From: Camelus ferus
Lineage: Eukaryota
Assembly (NCBI RefSeq): GCF_009834535.1
Contig: NC_045697.1
Coordinates: forward strand, 2,048,001-2,112,000
Length of the DNA stretch: 64,000 nt
Direction of reading: 5' to 3'
Shown: positions 59,989 through 64,000 of the stretch, in pieces
Layout of the letters: every line of letters begins with the position of its first letter
How positions within the stretch are numbered: the first letter of the stretch is position 1
Program-made: the position numbers and the translations under genes
Notes under the pieces: model-generated
What the model was told of the DNA's origin: nothing
Databases searched by the model: none
Seen by the model: only the letters and a program-made list of their open reading frames with translations

Positions 59989-62900
59989 TGCCCCCAAAGG
60001 ACAGCACGGGTGGCGTTCTCCCACAGCGCCTGGTGGGCGTCCTGACCGCCCGTGTATCAGCTGCGCTGCCAGCCCCGCCCTGCGGGCTCCACCACGACCC
60101 CGGGGCCCCGGGCGGGGCCTGCCCCGTGGCACAGCCTGGCGTGCTGCTCCGCCTCCTGGCACTGCTGCCTTGAAACCCGAGGTCAGAAGGACCCTTGACA
60201 GGAAGGTGGGACCCACTGGGACTGAGCTGCGTCTTTAACCCCTTTTCTTGAACTATTTTCTTGGAAAACATTGTGATCGGTTAAACATCTTTTTAACAGA
60301 GCTGGCGCCAGGTAACAGCTGTTTCTGCAGCAGTGTCCATGTGAGAGCCTGGAGCAGGGCCAGCCTCTAGCCAGATCAGCCCCCGCCAGTTTTTGGAAAT
60401 ACAGCTTCCGTGCTAGAGTCACGGGCGTGCTCTCCTTTCACCTCGGAATGCCCCTTATGGTTTCAAAGTGGCTCAGCTTTGGGTAGTTGCTCATTACCTG
60501 ATGAATACTTCCCGGTACCACGCAGGTTTGGTGATCACCTTCTCATTTAGAGTCAAGTTTTAGGTGTATGGGATTAAAAAAGCTTTTACTAGGGGAATAA
60601 GGGTTTTATTATTAAAAGTATTTATTTTGTCCTTTTCTGCTGCTAGTTTCACAGAAAGCAAATTCCCAGAGACCCCCAGTCTCATCTTCAGCACCTGTAC
60701 GTCCGAGTGCCATTTCTGGAGCTGCGCTCCACCTGCTAAATAATTCACGGTCGCCAGCAGCAGCTGCAGGTCTGCTGTGAATTATGAATGCGTCTTCTGC
60801 GGTGCTTTGTGTCGAGTACACGAGCGCTTCCCTCTCCGTGCGCCTGAAGGGAGAGCCTCACCTTTGTCAGCCTGTGGCCTGGGATCTCTGGAGAGGGTGT
60901 ACGAACTTGCCTCCTTGGGGAGCATAAGCTAAGGAACAATGTCTCTGTGTGTGGCCCGAGCCTTTGCCCGGAGCCCCGGGAGCTGTGCTGGCTGACCCTG
61001 GTATGGATTCAGAGGGGTGGTTTGCGGTGAATGGTTGGAAGTGTTTGGTTAAATGGCATCACAGTGGCTCTTATCGGCTCTACCCAGGTAAAGTCCCTCC
61101 TGTCTGTGCCTTGTCGCGGTTGGCGGGGGCAGGCAGACGATGCGGCCCTCAGGTGCGTGTGCTGAGGGGGCCACGTCAGTGGGAGGCTGTGGCCCTTCGT
61201 ATAACCCGACCTTGAGTTGTGATTTCAGTGTTTAGAGTGCTTGCGATCGTGGTTTGGATGAGACGTTCTGATGAGGTGCTAATGGGCTGAAGCCTCGAGT
61301 TGCAGAGTTGTCTGTAACACTTCAACACCAAGGCCTTATTAATCTTATTTGCAACATGTAATCTACAGGCTTGTCCAGCCAGTATAAAGCTGGTGGCTTT
61401 TCTCGTTTTCAGCAAATCTGAACCAGACTTCAAAACCTTTCTCACCAGGAAGGCATTCCTTTGACTCAAACTGGTGAATTGAAAGAAAAGAAAAACAAAC
61501 AAACCCAACAGTGACAACAGAAGCCAGGGGTGCCCCCTAGAGCGAAGCTGTGTGTGGGGGGGTGCAGGGCGTCTCCTGTGAGTGTCTTCTCCTTTGGCTG
61601 GAGGCGGAGCGCACGGTTCCACCCAAACTCCTGGCACCCAGGAGAGGATCAGGCGGTGAGTTGCGTGCAGTGCGGCTCGTCCCGTCACCTGTTCTGGCCT
61701 TGGACTTGGGGTAGGAATTCTGCGTTTGGAGAAGTTTCATCTCAGTGTTCAAGGTCAGTCCTTCCAGAAATGTGCACTATTTTCCATGAGTCGAGAGCAG
61801 TTCCAGGGTGAGTTTAAAGGTGCTGTGAATTATGATATTAAGAATTTGACAGTGGATAGCAAGGCCCAGGTGACTTTCCGTGCGCGTCGTGGACACGCGG
61901 AAGAGCTAGGATTTTGTCGCTCTCCCAGGGGCTCTGCACCCACCACATGGCTCCACACGGTCGTCTGCAAGAATCCGCCACCTCCGATTCGCAGGAGGTC
62001 TCCCGATGACAAGAGCTCTGTGCTGACCTGCTTTTTGCAGCAGTAAAACTGTCTCTGACTTTCCCACTGGGGAGAGTGTGCGGGTTCCCAGAGGTCTGGC
62101 TGTCGTGAAGTGAGATGGCTGAGGCCTTGGACTCAGACAGTGTGGCCTGGCCCCTATGCGCGACCTCGGTGCCCCTAAGACCCCAAGACAGGAACTGCCC
62201 TGCACCCACCAGAGCGTCAGTAATGGCAGACCTCAGAATGTGCTGTGGCCCCTGACCCGCACAGCACACACCCAGGGGCCGGGGGTGGGGGGGGGTCCCC
62301 TTTTTTTAATATATATATTTTATAGCTTCCTTCTCGAGTAGACTTTTAAAGTGTCAGTTGTTGATTTGTGAGTCTTAAAAACTAATTTGCATTTGTCAGC
62401 TCTTACAAGCATGAGTTAGTAGACAGGCTATCTTTCCTTAAAATGTCAATCAGCGCTCACTCTTCCGTTCACGGGTCGTTCCGCAAATGCACAGCCATCC
62501 TCCCCCAGCGCTGGGGGCGTGATGGCCGTGCCAGGAGGTTGTGAGCTCCGGGCAGGCACGGTGGGCTGGGTGGGAAGCCTGCCGCCTCCACCAGCCGCCC
62601 CCCAGCCGCTCCCGCGTCCTTCCTGCGCTAGCTGCAAGAGAGGCAGACCGCCTGCATCATGGTGCTTGCTGCACACTGGAGTCCAGATACCTTTTGTTTG
62701 AGAAATCAAAGCTCCAGCATCCTTGATGGGGTTCAGCCGCTTACAATGCATCCTATTAGTGACAGGGGGCCGGGGTGGGGAGACTTATGTGTCTTATGCA
62801 GCTGGGGCCAGTCTTCCTCTTTGCACCTCCCCACTGCCCCTGCAGCCCTCACAGTCCAGGCCACCAGCACCTGCAGCTGGACCTCCGCCTGGCAGAGCTC

Positions 62901-63591
62901 AGGACCTCCCTTCACATGCAGCCAGAGGGGCCCGAGAAGGACAAAGGTGCCTTCTGGACATTCCCTTGTTAATCGCTGTCCTCCAGGGTAAAATCTCCAC
63001 TGCTTGGCACCCACCACCTGGCCCTGGTGGCCCTGCTCCTCAGCACTCTGGCCCTACAGCCCAGCCACACAGGTGTGAGCTGGCTTTCTTCTGCCACAGG
63101 GCCTTTGCACGTACTCAACCTGTCCTGGAACACTTTTCCCACTTTCTGAGGTCGGTTAACTTCTATTCTTCCCTCAGCTCTCAGACCATCATTCCCTCAA
63201 GGGAAAAAAGCTGAAGGAAAAATGTTCTGTGCTTACACTTTACAGGATGTCTTTAAAATAGACAATTTTGTGAAGATCACCCCGTTTATCGGCATGAAGT
63301 AGAGCAGGAGAGCTCACACCTCTGCTCAGACCCCACCGCTCCTGACGCTGGTGCTTAGTGTACATTCAGTTTAGCTTGGGGTGGGTCTCTCCAGGGCGGC
63401 GCCGTCTTGAGCCCCACTTGGCGACTATCCACACTCTTCTTCCACTGTCTTTGGTTTTATGGCCTTTTTCTTACTGCTCTGGAGCTGCTCTTAACTAGAA
63501 GGAAAGTCAGTCCTTCATCTGTGTGACGTTACATGGATTTTCTGTTTCTTGTCTTTTGATTTAACTTATAGTGTTTTTTGACATACAGAGA

Positions 63592-64000
63592 TTTTATTTT
63601 GTTTGTTGAGGTGTAGTTGACATACATTATATTAGTTTGAGGCATGCCAACATAACGATTCAAAACGTGTATATATTGCAAAATGGCCACCACAGTAAGA
63701 CCAGTTAACATCCCTCACTGCAGTCAGTTTTTTTCTTGTGGTGAGAACTTTTAAAGTCCACTCTGTCAGCAGCTTTCAGACGTGCACCACAGCGTCATTA
63801 ACGTGGTCACCGTGCTGTGCCACCTGAGGACTTCCCCGGACTCACTGCGCTCGTAACTGGAGGCCCGAACACCGGCCCCTCTGCCCCCGGACTCCCACCC
63901 GCCCGCTGCGCCCACGCTCGCAGTCCTGCCTCGCGGCTCCGGGCGTGGTGTGCCTGCTGCTCGCCCCACTCAGGCACGGCAGAAAGTGAGCCCGTGTTTT
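63592..64000 (-). mobile_element. L1MA9/L1MB-like 3' end running off the window
   Basis: ttgaggtgtagttgacatac..., ttcttgtggtgagaacttttaaag, ggtcaccgtgctgt. Confidence 0.75.

Noticed and set aside
41954..64000. Next RGS12 exon (ELTGADLKD... and the RGS domain)
   Set aside because: Not found by eye. It presumably lies downstream of the window, which is not evidence of gene truncation.
1..64000. CRISPR arrays, operons or other prokaryotic/viral systems
   Set aside because: No regularly spaced repeats or dense coding. The sequence is plainly mammalian intron/exon DNA.

Overview
Mammalian genomic DNA, GC-rich overall with AT-rich LINE islands. It is very likely a camelid, because it carries four Vic-1-type tRNA-derived SINE copies. 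The window covers the 5' half of RGS12 (regulator of G-protein signalling 12) on the + strand. Four exons are recognisable: the 1,979-nt first coding exon (3701-5679; ATG 3799; PDZ + PTB domains), a 117-nt exon (21755-21871), an alternative first coding exon for the short PDZ-less isoform (ATG 33345-33398) and a 22-nt micro-exon (41932-41953). The RGS/RBD/GoLoco exons lie beyond the window. The rest is intron filled with L1 fragments of many ages, LTRs, DNA-transposon relics and SINEs. Almost all other ORFs in the track are chance ORFs of GC-rich DNA or repeat remnants. I found no evidence of a wholly new biological system. The most notable observations are a TSD-flanked L1 RT fragment truncated at both ends (apparent internal priming), a stop/start-coupled uORF pair and an open back-splice frame in the large exon, RFX X-boxes around the internal promoter, an inverted SINE pair, and strong local AT-to-GC shifts in old repeats. 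Family names and human comparisons are from memory and were not database-checked.
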